DNA from: a virus
Length of the DNA: 64,000 bases
IMG/VR virus record: IMGVR_UViG_3300029199_000002
Strand: one strand, 5' to 3'
The translations under genes were made by a program, and so were the position numbers. Below, in pieces: positions 46,597 to 56,110 of this stretch; the stretch's first letter is position 1; each line of letters opens with the position of its first letter. The notes beneath the pieces are model-generated. The model did not search any database. It saw only the letters and a program-made list of their open reading frames with translations, and had not been told where the DNA came from.

Positions 46597-46986
46597 TCAC
46601 CTACGGGGTAAGGGCTTTTTACGTGGTCGTGAGGCATTCGCCGCTTCTGCGCGCTCCCTGGACTTCGAGTAGTGGTCAAAGAGGACTCCGTTGTCGGTCT
46701 CCTCCATGGTCTTGAAGTACAGAGACCGCAAGTCCTGATCCACTTGTAAAACGTGGTCAGCGAAGTGGGCCATCTCCTGGTACTGCAGGGGCTGGAATCC
46801 GTTCTCCGTGTGCTGCCGCCTCCTGTGCAGGCGAAAGAAAGAATCCACGAGCCACCTCATTGCGGGTGGCGGCTCCTTGAAGTCCTCGAGGGCTGGGTGT
46901 TTGCGCCCAAATTTTTCCTCGAGGTCTTTCATGGCCTTCAGCCCTTTCGCGCCATGCGTGATCAGGAAGCGGCAGAATCCTTTACC
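46597..46986 (-). CDS. tail assembly chaperone T (C-terminal part of G-T -1 frameshift product)
   Basis: -1 frame opens right after TGA at 46990-46992 and is open through GGTAAAG (46986-46980) to 46597. Confidence 0.7.
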   Translation of the reverse strand, partial: GKGFCRFLITHGAKGLKAMKDLEEKFGRKHPALEDFKEPPPAMRWLVDSFFRLHRRRQHTENGFQPLQYQEMAHFADHVLQVDQDLRSLYFKTMEETDNGVLFDHYSKSRERAEAANASRPRKKPLPRR

Positions 46987-47423
46987 GATTCAGCTACTTC
47001 TTCCTCGGCGCGCTCACGGAAGTTCGCCCGGTTCATAGAGAAGTTTTCGATGAACTGGTTGAGGTCGCGGAAGCGCGGGTTGATTAGGTACTCGTAGCCG
47101 ACCTCGGCGGAGTACGGCAGCGGCTCACCACCCTTGCTGACGCCTTCCCACTCAATAAGCACGGCCTCGGACAAAACCCGAGCAGCAATGTCGTTGGCGA
47201 TGGCGTCAGAGTTCTCGTCTCCTGCGGTCAGCGCGTCCCACTTATCCAGCGTCAGCTTGGAACGGAGGAAGTTCACCCGGTCGCTGTTGTACCGGGCGAT
47301 CTTGAACTTGGCGCCCATGAAGGTTGCCCACACACCCTCTTCTGCGGCGGTGGGGTCAACGGCAAGGCTTTCGATGTCGAGCATGTTCTGGTTCTCTGAA
47401 GACTGAAGTGATATGGGCGTCAT
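46962..47423 (-). CDS. tail assembly chaperone G
   Basis: EEGVW, KIAR..., L..WEGV...G..LPYS; start could be MLDIE at 47384. Confidence 0.8.
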   Translation of the reverse strand: MTPISLQSSENQNMLDIESLAVDPTAAEEGVWATFMGAKFKIARYNSDRVNFLRSKLTLDKWDALTAGDENSDAIANDIAARVLSEAVLIEWEGVSKGGEPLPYSAEVGYEYLINPRFRDLNQFIENFSMNRANFRERAEEEVAESVKDSAAS

Positions 47424-47475
47424 CCTAGAGGAATGACGCCCATATTTACAGCTTTATGTATTTACGGATTGCGCC

Positions 47476-48516
47476 TTACGGCTTGGCCAGGTATGTAATT
47501 GCGATTGCGCATACTACGGTCAGGGCGCCGATGGTCACTTCGCCTTTCTCAGCGGTCAGGGTGATCGACGTCTTGTAGTCCTGGTTCTCACCATCAGCGC
47601 TGTTGGAGGGCGACTGGGCGACCAGGTTCGGCAGGTAGACGGTGTAAGTTCCGTCTACCGTGTCCAGGGTCAGCTCGCCCGACAGTCGCTTGTTGGTCAT
47701 GTGAGCGTCGAGTACGGTCTGGTCGAAGTAGTAGATCTCCCCTGACAGGGATACACCGACCTTGCCTACCCCAACGCCGGCAGCGAACTCGTGCCCAAGG
47801 CCCGGCTGTTCGCGGACGTTGTTCTGCACCTGCAAAGAGGCGTCCGAGAACGTCATCTCAAGAGGTGTGCCCTGAGAGTCCTTGATGATCAGATTCTTGA
47901 GGTTGTTGGAGCTATCCGCGACCTCGTAGTCTGCAGGCACCGCCTTCGTTGTGGCGATGCTGCCTCCGAGACCGTTCGCGCCCGCAACCGCGCTGGCATA
48001 GTCAGCGAAGGTCGAGATGGTGTTCAGAGCCAGGGTAATCAGCTCGCCGTCACCAAACTCCATGGTGAAGTCGTTGATCATGGTGCCGTAGTAACGCTCG
48101 TGGTAGAGATTGTCAGTAGCCTCCGGCCCGCCCTTGGTAGTCTTCTCGAAAACCATGAAGCGTTTCAGGTCGCTGTCGGTGATGAAGCTGCCGGCTGAAG
48201 CGTCCACTTCGTCCACAAGTGCCCATTCAGACATCAAGCCGAGGGCCAGCATGTCTTGGATGAACGGGGTGGCGCCGAACTCCAGGGTGGTGGCGCCGGA
48301 AGCGCTACCCTTGGTGTTCTTCGAGTTGTTGGGGCGGCGATCGTTGGTAATGGCGGTGGACGCCTTTGCCTCCTTAGCCATGTTGAAACCTTCCGTGGTG
48401 AACGGCAAGTAGCTGAACTGCGGGGCGGCGGCAGTCACTTCGGCGGGTGTGGTGGCGTCGGCAATGGCGTATGCCAGAGAGACGGCGGATGTATCAGCAA
48501 AGCTGCGGACTGGCAT
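47476..48516 (-). CDS. major tail tube protein
   Basis: size, position, G...LSGEIYY, LP.L pattern. Confidence 0.8.
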   Translation of the reverse strand: MPVRSFADTSAVSLAYAIADATTPAEVTAAAPQFSYLPFTTEGFNMAKEAKASTAITNDRRPNNSKNTKGSASGATTLEFGATPFIQDMLALGLMSEWALVDEVDASAGSFITDSDLKRFMVFEKTTKGGPEATDNLYHERYYGTMINDFTMEFGDGELITLALNTISTFADYASAVAGANGLGGSIATTKAVPADYEVADSSNNLKNLIIKDSQGTPLEMTFSDASLQVQNNVREQPGLGHEFAAGVGVGKVGVSLSGEIYYFDQTVLDAHMTNKRLSGELTLDTVDGTYTVYLPNLVAQSPSNSADGENQDYKTSITLTAEKGEVTIGALTVVCAIAITYLAKP

Positions 48517-48521
48517 AGGTC

Positions 48522-48956
48522 TTACCCTCGTGAGATATCAAAATCAAAGTTGATCACGCCGCTGTAGGTCGTGAATCCCATCACCCTCGTTGTCCCCAGC
48601 GGGATGAAGGTACGAAACCGGATGTCCCGGACCGTCTTTTCAGCGAACCAGTTAGAGACCGTCTCCAACAGGTTCTTATGGAACAGCTCGCGAGAGCCAT
48701 TCTTGGTGTGCAGACTGATGTGTAGCTCCCCCCAGCACCGGGTCGGTGACACGAAACTGGGTCCTACTCGCCTTGTCTCAACCAGCTCGGACTCGAACAG
48801 GTAAAAATCGTCGTCTTGTTTAAACAGAGGTCCAGCGCCCCGGGGGCTAATGTCCTCGTCTTCGGAGAAGCTGAAGGCGAAGCTGGTTGAATCTCCGATG
48901 TTCTCCAGGACGATGTCCCGAATCAGTCCTAGCGCTTCTGTCTGGGTGTTCAGCAT
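48522..48956 (-). CDS. tail terminator/completion protein
   Basis: size and position before tail tube. Confidence 0.6.
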   Translation of the reverse strand: MLNTQTEALGLIRDIVLENIGDSTSFAFSFSEDEDISPRGAGPLFKQDDDFYLFESELVETRRVGPSFVSPTRCWGELHISLHTKNGSRELFHKNLLETVSNWFAEKTVRDIRFRTFIPLGTTRVMGFTTYSGVINFDFDISRG

Positions 48957-49492
48957 CAGAGGGTCGCCTTCCGTTTGTTGCCAGCGGCGATGCGGCGCTC
49001 TGCAGACGCCACAATCGCAGCGGCGCCGGCTTCCCCGGCGGCCTGGATATTGGCGTTGTCGTTGTAGTTCGACGTGCCGCCTACTGCGTTGTAGAGGTAG
49101 AACCTGAACTCGGGGCTGCGACCTGAGATCATCTTGTCCAGTACATCTTTCAGCTCCCGATCCCGCACGAACTTGAGGGTGCTGCCTTCGTTTGCACCCT
49201 CGTCACCTTGGTAGCCAACCGGGTAAATCGGAGGCCTGCGCGGTCCTCGGATGCCTAGCGTCCCGCGCATGTCCTGCACCTTGCCCAGCCGGCGATTGCC
49301 TGGTTTGGTGCCGCGAGCGCCAATCAGCCAGTGTGCTGCAGCGTTGGAAGAGTCGTGTTTAGTGGTCTTCACCGCTACCTCTAGTCCTTCTAGGATTGCG
49401 GCGCGCATGGCCCGGCTGAACAGCTGGCTCGTGTAATCCGAGATTCTGTTTGCCTGCCCCTCGAACTTTTTCGCTCCGGCCATCACTCGCAC
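48956..49492 (-). CDS. neck/tail completion protein (HK97 gp10-like)
   Basis: basic, T..DSSNA..HW motif, position. Confidence 0.6.
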   Translation of the reverse strand: MRVMAGAKKFEGQANRISDYTSQLFSRAMRAAILEGLEVAVKTTKHDSSNAAAHWLIGARGTKPGNRRLGKVQDMRGTLGIRGPRRPPIYPVGYQGDEGANEGSTLKFVRDRELKDVLDKMISGRSPEFRFYLYNAVGGTSNYNDNANIQAAGEAGAAAIVASAERRIAAGNKRKATL

Positions 49493-50412
49493 CTCAGACG
49501 GTACTGCCGCTCACCGGGCTGGGAGCTGACATGCTTTACCCTTCGCTTCCGCCCTTGGAGCTCTACAGACGTGATGCCGGCGACCGGACGGAAGCCGATG
49601 TGATCGGCCTCCATAGAGATGTCGATGTACGACGCTGAGTCGGTAGTCCAGTTGGCGTAGTCGTGGTACTTCACCATCACTCCGGTGACGTTGTGTGGCA
49701 CCGCGGCGACCACGTACTCATGGGTAGTCCGGTCGTACACCTTACCCTCTACGTGGAGTACGAAATCGATCCTGGGGTCAGGTTCTTCGTCCACGCGCAG
49801 CCCACTTAGTCCACTGTCCGGGAAAGTGTCGACTACCCGTAGGCGCCTACCGTGTAGCTCGAGGTAGTCCCATTCCTCACACTGGATGTGGCGTGGTAGG
49901 AAGGCGAAGTAGTTCTCCACCTTCACCTCGAACGTGTCAGCCTCATTGGCGCTGGTCCGGAACTCCAGGTCCACGTAAGCCTTGGCGACCTCTTGCTCTA
50001 CCAACCAGCCTGGACTTTCTTCCGGCCCGATTGGAGCCTTCCGGTAGATTGTTGCGAGCCCAGAGCTGCCTCCAGGTTCATCAGTGGCCAAGTGAAGGAC
50101 AGTCATCTCGATGTAGGGGTTACCACCAAGTGCGTCCGCCCGGGTCTGGCCAAGCAGGTAGACTTGCTTGGTACCTGGGTGACGAATTGTCCGACTGGCG
50201 GGGAACTCGGTGCCGAACGCCGTGAACAGTGCCCGCCGGCGGAGCGGCTTGTTGAAGTTGCTCAGGAACCGGTCAGTCAGGTCTATGCGGCCGAGAAAGC
50301 TGTCTGGCAGGAAGGTCTGCGTGGCTTCATCCCACGCTTCCAGTGGCTCAGTGGCTTTGTGAGTCGCTATTTTAGCCAAGTGCATCTTCACGAGCCTCCG
50401 TAACCGGATCAC
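49483..50412 (-). CDS. head closure / head-tail joining protein
   Basis: position, beta-rich. Confidence 0.5.
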   Translation of the reverse strand: MIRLRRLVKMHLAKIATHKATEPLEAWDEATQTFLPDSFLGRIDLTDRFLSNFNKPLRRRALFTAFGTEFPASRTIRHPGTKQVYLLGQTRADALGGNPYIEMTVLHLATDEPGGSSGLATIYRKAPIGPEESPGWLVEQEVAKAYVDLEFRTSANEADTFEVKVENYFAFLPRHIQCEEWDYLELHGRRLRVVDTFPDSGLSGLRVDEEPDPRIDFVLHVEGKVYDRTTHEYVVAAVPHNVTGVMVKYHDYANWTTDSASYIDISMEADHIGFRPVAGITSVELQGRKRRVKHVSSQPGERQYRLRCE

Positions 50413-50872
50413 GTGTAGGCGTAACTCGAGAAGTGAACGTCATCACGCCGGCTGCTGGCTCTTCCCCGCCTAGGACTTCTATAAGGGCGGTCTTGTACTG
50501 GCTAGCTTTGTTGGATAGGAGATTGCTCAGCCAGAGGAATCCGTCCTTGTCACTACGTTGCCCCTCGTTAGAGCCGTCAGTGTTTTTGGTCAGTACGAAT
50601 ACCGGCGCCGTCGCAGCTACCTGCGCAGCGCAGAAATACTTGGCGTAGAGGCGAAGCAGCTTGCTCTGCTTCACGCTTGCCGCCGACGGGGGCGGCTCGA
50701 TGGCCCCGCCCGCCTCGACGATGCCCTGCCACTCACCCGCCCATTCATCGAGATCGACGGACAGGTCGTCTTCCAGGCCGTAGGCAGCCAGGGTTTCATC
50801 AGGCAAGTCTGCCTCCGAAACCGTGAGCACGCCGCGGATCTGGTTGAACGAGGTGAGCGATAGCAGGGTCAT
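50372..50872 (-). CDS. head-tail adaptor
   Basis: IRGVL.VSE.DLPD pattern, position after capsid. Confidence 0.55.
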   Translation of the reverse strand: MTLLSLTSFNQIRGVLTVSEADLPDETLAAYGLEDDLSVDLDEWAGEWQGIVEAGGAIEPPPSAASVKQSKLLRLYAKYFCAAQVAATAPVFVLTKNTDGSNEGQRSDKDGFLWLSNLLSNKASQYKTALIEVLGGEEPAAGVMTFTSRVTPTRDPVTEAREDALG

Positions 50873-50873
50873 G

Positions 50874-51263
50874 TCAGACTCGCTTCAGTAGCTTTGCGGC
50901 GATCTGGTTTTTCAGCCAGCCGTCGTTACGCAGGGATTTGGTCGACTTGCCTGCGATAGTCAGCCCAGTGCTGTGCTGATACAGGGTCGAATGGCTCAGG
51001 TTTTCGACCTTCACCAGGGTTTCTTCGGCTTCCGGTTTCGGGTTTGTCCCAGCTTCTTCGGTGACCTCGGTAGCTTCTGCTTCCGTAGCTTCGGTGACTT
51101 CGACTTCTTCCGCAGCTTCGGTGACTTCGACTTCTTCCGCAGCTTCGGTGACTTCGACTTCTTCGGTGGCCTCGGTAGCTTCTACTTCAGTGGCTTCCAG
51201 CTCCTCATCCAGCTTTGCTTCGAGTGCAGCCATCGCTTTCGCATCGTTCTTTTTCAGTGCCAT
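50874..51263 (-). CDS. acidic low-complexity virion-associated protein
   Basis: E/T/A repeats; between capsid and adaptor. Confidence 0.7.
   Translation of the reverse strand: MALKKNDAKAMAALEAKLDEELEATEVEATEATEEVEVTEAAEEVEVTEAAEEVEVTEATEAEATEVTEEAGTNPKPEAEETLVKVENLSHSTLYQHSTGLTIAGKSTKSLRNDGWLKNQIAAKLLKRV
51087..51164. repeat. 27-bp in-frame tandem repeat, about 2.9 copies (AEEVEVTEA)
   Basis: AGCTTCGGTGACTTCGACTTCTTCCGC at 51087, 51114 and partially at 51141. Confidence 0.95.
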
Positions 51264-51315
51264 GTCACTACTCCCTTATGGGTGGAAGGGGCCGACCGGA
51301 GCCGGCCCCTTTCAA

Positions 51316-52506
51316 TCACGCCTTCTCGAGGCTGACGACCGACCATGCCTCGTCGTGCAGACGGGTCGACATCTCGCCGTAGTCCACGCGGAAGCCGGTG
51401 GCTTTGCGCATCACGTACTCTTCAATCGCGTCGTAGGAAGCCGACACGTTGACGAAGCGTTGGATGGCGTAGCGAGGGTCCAGGCCAACCATTACGCCGG
51501 CACCGAACACGTCGGCAGCGAACGGGGTGATCTTCGGCTGGGTGATACCCAGGTTCAGGCCGCCCCAAGGGGTGGAGATTTTCGAGGAGTCGACGCCGGT
51601 GGTGGATGGCAGCAGTGCTTCGTCGACAGTCAGCGCGGTGTCGATGTCGGTCAGTACCTGGCTGAGGTTGCAGATGTTCTGCTTGCTGTGCAGCCACTTG
51701 ATAAACGCACGCTTGGTGATCTTGCCGTCCACAGTGATCGCGCCGTCAAAGGTGCCGATCTTGGTCACCGGCAGAGCAGTGATGCCCAGGTCGACATCAC
51801 CTTGCACCATCGAGCGGATCTGCTCGTTGACGCGGCGGATGCGGTCACCACGGGACTGTGCTTCCATCACGACACGAACCAGGTCGATGGTGGTGGACGC
51901 CATGGCTTCGTCGGAGATCATCAGACCAACGCTGTTGGTCGGGATACGGTACGACTTGTCGCCGGTGGTGATGGAGATCATCGTCTCCGGCTCAGCCAAC
52001 TGAGCGATACGACCGCTACGGCTACCTTCCGGCGCAGTGGTGTCGATGATCGGCTGGTCGGCCTTGGTGCCGTTGACGCTGCGGCTGACAGCGACCAGGG
52101 ATTCCCAGATGCTCAGAATGTCGCTGCCGTCGTCACGCAGGGCGTTGGCCTGCATGGTTTCCAGAATCAGCTGCGGGTACAGCAGGCGAGCGCCAAGGCT
52201 GTTGTCGCTGCCGTCCGGGCGGCGGAAGCCGTCAGCCAGCTTGGAACCTGCGATGTCCTGCAGGGTCATCGAAGGCATGCCGAACTTCTGGCCGTCCATC
52301 AGGCCGGAGTTGGCGTACATCTGGTCAAGCGGCTCGCCCATGCTGCGGTCCCAGTCGGGCGCCAGGTGCTTGGCGTACTGGCGCAGGGTCATGCCCTTCT
52401 GCGCAGCGTGCTTGTAGGCCTCAACGGTGACGTCAACGGACTTCAGGACTTTACTGCCCTTCTCGTCCTTGGCCCAGTATTCCAGCTTGAATGGTTTCAT
52501 GTTCAT
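51316..52506 (-). CDS. major capsid protein
   Basis: 396 aa, strongly biased codon use, follows protease and decoration genes. Confidence 0.8.
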   Translation of the reverse strand: MNMKPFKLEYWAKDEKGSKVLKSVDVTVEAYKHAAQKGMTLRQYAKHLAPDWDRSMGEPLDQMYANSGLMDGQKFGMPSMTLQDIAGSKLADGFRRPDGSDNSLGARLLYPQLILETMQANALRDDGSDILSIWESLVAVSRSVNGTKADQPIIDTTAPEGSRSGRIAQLAEPETMISITTGDKSYRIPTNSVGLMISDEAMASTTIDLVRVVMEAQSRGDRIRRVNEQIRSMVQGDVDLGITALPVTKIGTFDGAITVDGKITKRAFIKWLHSKQNICNLSQVLTDIDTALTVDEALLPSTTGVDSSKISTPWGGLNLGITQPKITPFAADVFGAGVMVGLDPRYAIQRFVNVSASYDAIEEYVMRKATGFRVDYGEMSTRLHDEAWSVVSLEKA

Positions 52507-52528
52507 TTCCTGTATTTCTGGTAGGTGC

Positions 52529-52550
52529 CGGACCTGTAATTACAGGTCCG
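52529..52550. promoter_or_regulatory. perfect 22-bp palindrome centred on CTGTAATTACAG
   Basis: CGGACCTGTAATTACAGGTCCG upstream of capsid gene. Confidence 0.75.
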
Positions 52551-52562
52551 TTTCCAAAGGTT

Positions 52563-53018
52563 TTAGAGAAGTTCGAGAACAACCACGTCGCCGGCAACGC
52601 CGGTACCGCGAACTGTCATCACTCGGTACTTGTGGAGTTCCGGGGCGCCGGTCTTGACCTGGGCCAAGCCTTTGGTGCCAACAGCCAGCTGGGCGTCGGC
52701 AACCACCAGATCACCAACCGCCATAGCCGTCGCACCTTGGCCAGCACCTACCTGGGCCTCGACACGAAAGCCGCGGTTGCCGCGAGCCACACCGCCGAAG
52801 CTGAAGCCACCAGCAGTGGCAGCGTCGACGGAGTCGATGAAGCCTTCCAGCTCATCGTCAGCCGCACACAGGACGTGGTTGGCCAAGGCACCCATCTTCA
52901 CCGCTTTGCGCTTGTCGGCATCGCTGTACTTGGTGGCCGCGTCCGGACCCAGCTTGGTGGAAATGACGTTCAGTCGCTCGGGACTGTGAGTCAGCACGTT
53001 GAAAGCAAAATCAGCCAT
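52563..53018 (-). CDS. capsid decoration/cement protein
   Basis: 151 aa G/A/V-rich, D.GKAVK, between protease and capsid. Confidence 0.7.
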   Translation of the reverse strand: MADFAFNVLTHSPERLNVISTKLGPDAATKYSDADKRKAVKMGALANHVLCAADDELEGFIDSVDAATAGGFSFGGVARGNRGFRVEAQVGAGQGATAMAVGDLVVADAQLAVGTKGLAQVKTGAPELHKYRVMTVRGTGVAGDVVVLELL

Positions 53019-53029
53019 GACTGGCCTCC

Positions 53030-54433
53030 TCAGTTATGTCGAAACGACGTGGTGACCTGGGCACTCGTGGTGTCTTCGGTCGGGGTTTGGGTCTGCTGGC
53101 CAACCTTGAAGCGCTTGGCCATGTCTCCCTGTAGCTCGTTGTACTGGGCAACGACTTCGGCGGCGGAGCTCTTGGCTTCCTTCGGACGGCCCAGGGCAGT
53201 CTGCAGGTTGCCTACGGCGGCCTGGGCAACGGTCAGAAGCGAGGACATTTGAACATCACGACCTTCTAGCGACTGTTTCAGCGCGGCGTTGTCGGCAGCA
53301 GCAGCTTCCAACTTCGCCTCGAGCTTGCCGTTCTCCTTCAGGAGATTGGCGTAGTCGGCAGCGAATGCTTCTGGCTTTTCAACGTTGGCTTCTGGCTTGT
53401 CTCCCTCGTTACCTTCCGGCTCTGTGGCTTCCGGCTCTTCTGCAGCCGGTTCGGCTTTCAGCTCTGCGGTGTACAGGGTGAACTCTTCCGCGGTCAGGAC
53501 CGTTTTCGGGTCGGCGCCGGCCGCAATCTGAGCCAGTTTTTCTGGAGAGATTTTCATCTCGAATCTCCGTGGGTCACTGGTGGTTGTTGAGGAAGCGCCG
53601 CTTCCGATGAGATCAGCCAGGGTGGTTACCCGGTCGATCAGCCCAACGGACAAGCCTTCCTCTGCGAAGAAGGTCTTGCCCTCGCCCCACTGATTACGAT
53701 CGCTCATCATCAGGTTGCGTTTGCGGGATACGTGCTCGAGGAAGAATTTGTTGGTCTTCTCGAGGTTGTCCTGGATGTACGCTTTGGCCTTGTCGCTCAA
53801 CTCTTCGTACGGAAGGCCGAGGGCCTTGTACTCGCCGGCGCGGAAGACGTGATACTCAATGCCTTCCTTCTCAGCCGCCTTGGCATAGCTGGTGAGCACC
53901 ATCAGCGTACCGATGGAGCCGACCTCGGCCATCCGGGAAGCTGTGGTAGAGCGAGCTGCAGCGCCTACCCAGTAGGCTGCCGAGAACATGTGGCTGTCGG
54001 TGTGGGCGTATACCGGCTTGATCCTGTCGATGCGGTGCACGGCGTCGGACATGATGTCCAGGCCGCGAACCACTCCGCCTCCGGAGGCGATGTCCATGAA
54101 GATCTCGGTGATGCCATCTTCGTCAGCGGCGATCTTCAGCGCGTCAGCGATTGCTTCGTAGCTGGTGACGTAACCAACCATGTGCTGATGCCACCACTGG
54201 TGGGTGTTGGTCAGTGAGCCATGCACCTTGACCACTGCCTTGTTACCGAAGCGTTCAAGCAGGTAGAGGCCCTTGCGGTCGCTGTCAGCGTTGAAATGCT
54301 TGTCCCGAACCGGGTAGTCATCGTCATCGCGTAGCGCCTTTACGTCAGGCAGTTGGCCTGCGTACTTAGCCTCGTAGAAATCAAGTTGCTGCAGGGCGTC
54401 TTCTGTGCCCAGCCAGATGCGAAAACCCTTCAT
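53030..54433 (-). CDS. S49 prohead protease with C-terminal scaffold
   Basis: DIASGGG.V.G, SAAYW, VGSIG, F.AEE.L..GLID; acidic/coiled-coil C-terminus. Confidence 0.92.
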   Translation of the reverse strand: MKGFRIWLGTEDALQQLDFYEAKYAGQLPDVKALRDDDDYPVRDKHFNADSDRKGLYLLERFGNKAVVKVHGSLTNTHQWWHQHMVGYVTSYEAIADALKIAADEDGITEIFMDIASGGGVVRGLDIMSDAVHRIDRIKPVYAHTDSHMFSAAYWVGAAARSTTASRMAEVGSIGTLMVLTSYAKAAEKEGIEYHVFRAGEYKALGLPYEELSDKAKAYIQDNLEKTNKFFLEHVSRKRNLMMSDRNQWGEGKTFFAEEGLSVGLIDRVTTLADLIGSGASSTTTSDPRRFEMKISPEKLAQIAAGADPKTVLTAEEFTLYTAELKAEPAAEEPEATEPEGNEGDKPEANVEKPEAFAADYANLLKENGKLEAKLEAAAADNAALKQSLEGRDVQMSSLLTVAQAAVGNLQTALGRPKEAKSSAAEVVAQYNELQGDMAKRFKVGQQTQTPTEDTTSAQVTTSFRHN

Positions 54434-54503
54434 TGGCAGTCCTTCGTGGCAGGGGCGAACCCTTGGTAAGTGTCGGCGAGGCTCCCGCCGAATCCGGTAA
54501 TGT

Positions 54504-55967
54504 TCACTGGTCATCTCCGCCTGATTTGCTCGGAGTGCCTGGGTTCAGCGCACGCCCGGTCGAGCTTTCGCGCTCGCCTTCTTCACCACCCGAGGCAGTC
54601 TTCTTGGTGTAGAAACCGGTACCTGCGAAGATATCTGTCAGGCCTTGCGGGCGTATCCCAAGCTCGTAGCAAGCCTGTGCGTCGTTGATAAGGCCGTAGC
54701 TAAGTAGCTCCAGGACCCTCTTTTGTTTGGTGCCTTTGTAGGCTTCCAGCTCCTCTTCCGGGCGGAGGTTGACTGGCATGAATTCGAAGTAAACGTGGCC
54801 TTCTACGCCCATGAGCCGAACGGCCAGAGTCAGGGCGCGGCTCATTACCTCTTCTACCGGCGGGCGAGCTGCCTCGACGACTTTGAGGTAGATCAGAGTC
54901 TCCGCGTTGGAGAGACCTTGGCCACCACTGGCACGCAGGCCGCTTACGCTTGCCGGGGTCTTGAGCGATGCGCCCAGCAGGTTGCCCAGCGTGGTTAGCA
55001 TCGGCGAGTAGTCGGATTTGCTGCCACCTGTGTCCTTCACGTCGTAATTGACAGAGTCATAGGCGACCAGGGCGTCTTCCGGCTCGAGGCCTTCAAGGGC
55101 TTGCTCAACCTGCTCTCGGACAGTGTTGAAGTAGGTGTTCCGCTTGGCTGGATCGGACTTGATATCTTCCGGCGCGGTAGACAGAACCTTATCGCTGTCC
55201 AGTTTGGCCAGTAACCGGCTGTGTCCAGTGCGGTTGACGGCCCGGTGCGTGTCTTCCAAAAACTCATTGAAGTTCACGGTGTGGGACAGGCCCGGGCGAA
55301 GCAGGCTCACCGCGTAGGCTTCGTCAGCATTACGGTTGTGCTCAGCGACGAACGCTGTGGGGATGTTCAGGTCGATATCGCCGTTATCCTGCGTAGGATA
55401 ACGACCGCCCTTCCCATCAGCTTCCCACTGAATAGTGGAGTAGCCGACCGGAACCAGCCGTTCTGGGCCGAAGGTTTTGTCCAGGACCAGCTCAACTCCG
55501 CAGCCTCCAGTACCGATAACGTCGGTCTGCAGGGTGGTCAGCAGGGACTGCAGGCCCGGCTTATCGTTGAAGCCCTGACTGTAGTCGTGGAGCGTACTGA
55601 GGCGGTCAATTAGCGAGTAGGCAACCGCAGTCACCCCCGTGTCCATGGCACCTTCAGCCGTGTAACCCGCAATACGGAATCCACTGTTGGCAGCCAGTGC
55701 CACCATGCTGTTCGCCGCTGAAGAGAACAGTCCATCTTCACGCATCAGCGTGCGGATGATCTCGTTGATATCCGTGCGGTTTCGGACATCCTTAATGGCG
55801 GTAGCTACGTAGCGGTTCAGCGTGTTGCTGATCGCCTGGCCACGGTCAAAATCTGATCCTGGGCGCTTAGCGCGAGCCTTACCAGCCAGGTTACGTTTTG
55901 GCAGCACGACGCTCGCACCCTGGGTATTGGTGCGGGGAGAACGTGACGCTGCTTTGCGTATTGCCAT
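54504..55967 (-). CDS. portal protein
   Basis: 487 aa between terminase and protease; helical pattern, C-terminal R..LG..P-like motif. Confidence 0.8.
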   Translation of the reverse strand: MAIRKAASRSPRTNTQGASVVLPKRNLAGKARAKRPGSDFDRGQAISNTLNRYVATAIKDVRNRTDINEIIRTLMREDGLFSSAANSMVALAANSGFRIAGYTAEGAMDTGVTAVAYSLIDRLSTLHDYSQGFNDKPGLQSLLTTLQTDVIGTGGCGVELVLDKTFGPERLVPVGYSTIQWEADGKGGRYPTQDNGDIDLNIPTAFVAEHNRNADEAYAVSLLRPGLSHTVNFNEFLEDTHRAVNRTGHSRLLAKLDSDKVLSTAPEDIKSDPAKRNTYFNTVREQVEQALEGLEPEDALVAYDSVNYDVKDTGGSKSDYSPMLTTLGNLLGASLKTPASVSGLRASGGQGLSNAETLIYLKVVEAARPPVEEVMSRALTLAVRLMGVEGHVYFEFMPVNLRPEEELEAYKGTKQKRVLELLSYGLINDAQACYELGIRPQGLTDIFAGTGFYTKKTASGGEEGERESSTGRALNPGTPSKSGGDDQ

Positions 55968-56051
55968 GGGCTGTATTTACAGGTTTACAGGTTTGACTAC
56001 GATTATTGGACACTCCGTAGTTAGAAGCAACTGGTTATTCTTTGACCAGAC

Positions 56052-56080
56052 TTGATAACGATAGGGCATATCGCTAGGCT
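56052..56080 (+). promoter_or_regulatory. sigma70-like promoter TTGATA-17-TAGGCT for the moron lipoprotein
   Basis: sequence match about 30 bp upstream of ATG 56111. Confidence 0.5.
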
Positions 56081-56110
56081 GCTGTGATTACAGGAAGTAG
56101 GGAGTTTGCA

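Noticed and set aside
51061-52524. 487-aa + strand ORF (and similar long antisense ORFs at 11909-12790, 13957-14682, 17242-17994, 20017-20799)
   Set aside because: Shadow frames of highly codon-biased real genes on the opposite strand; no RBS or domain content.
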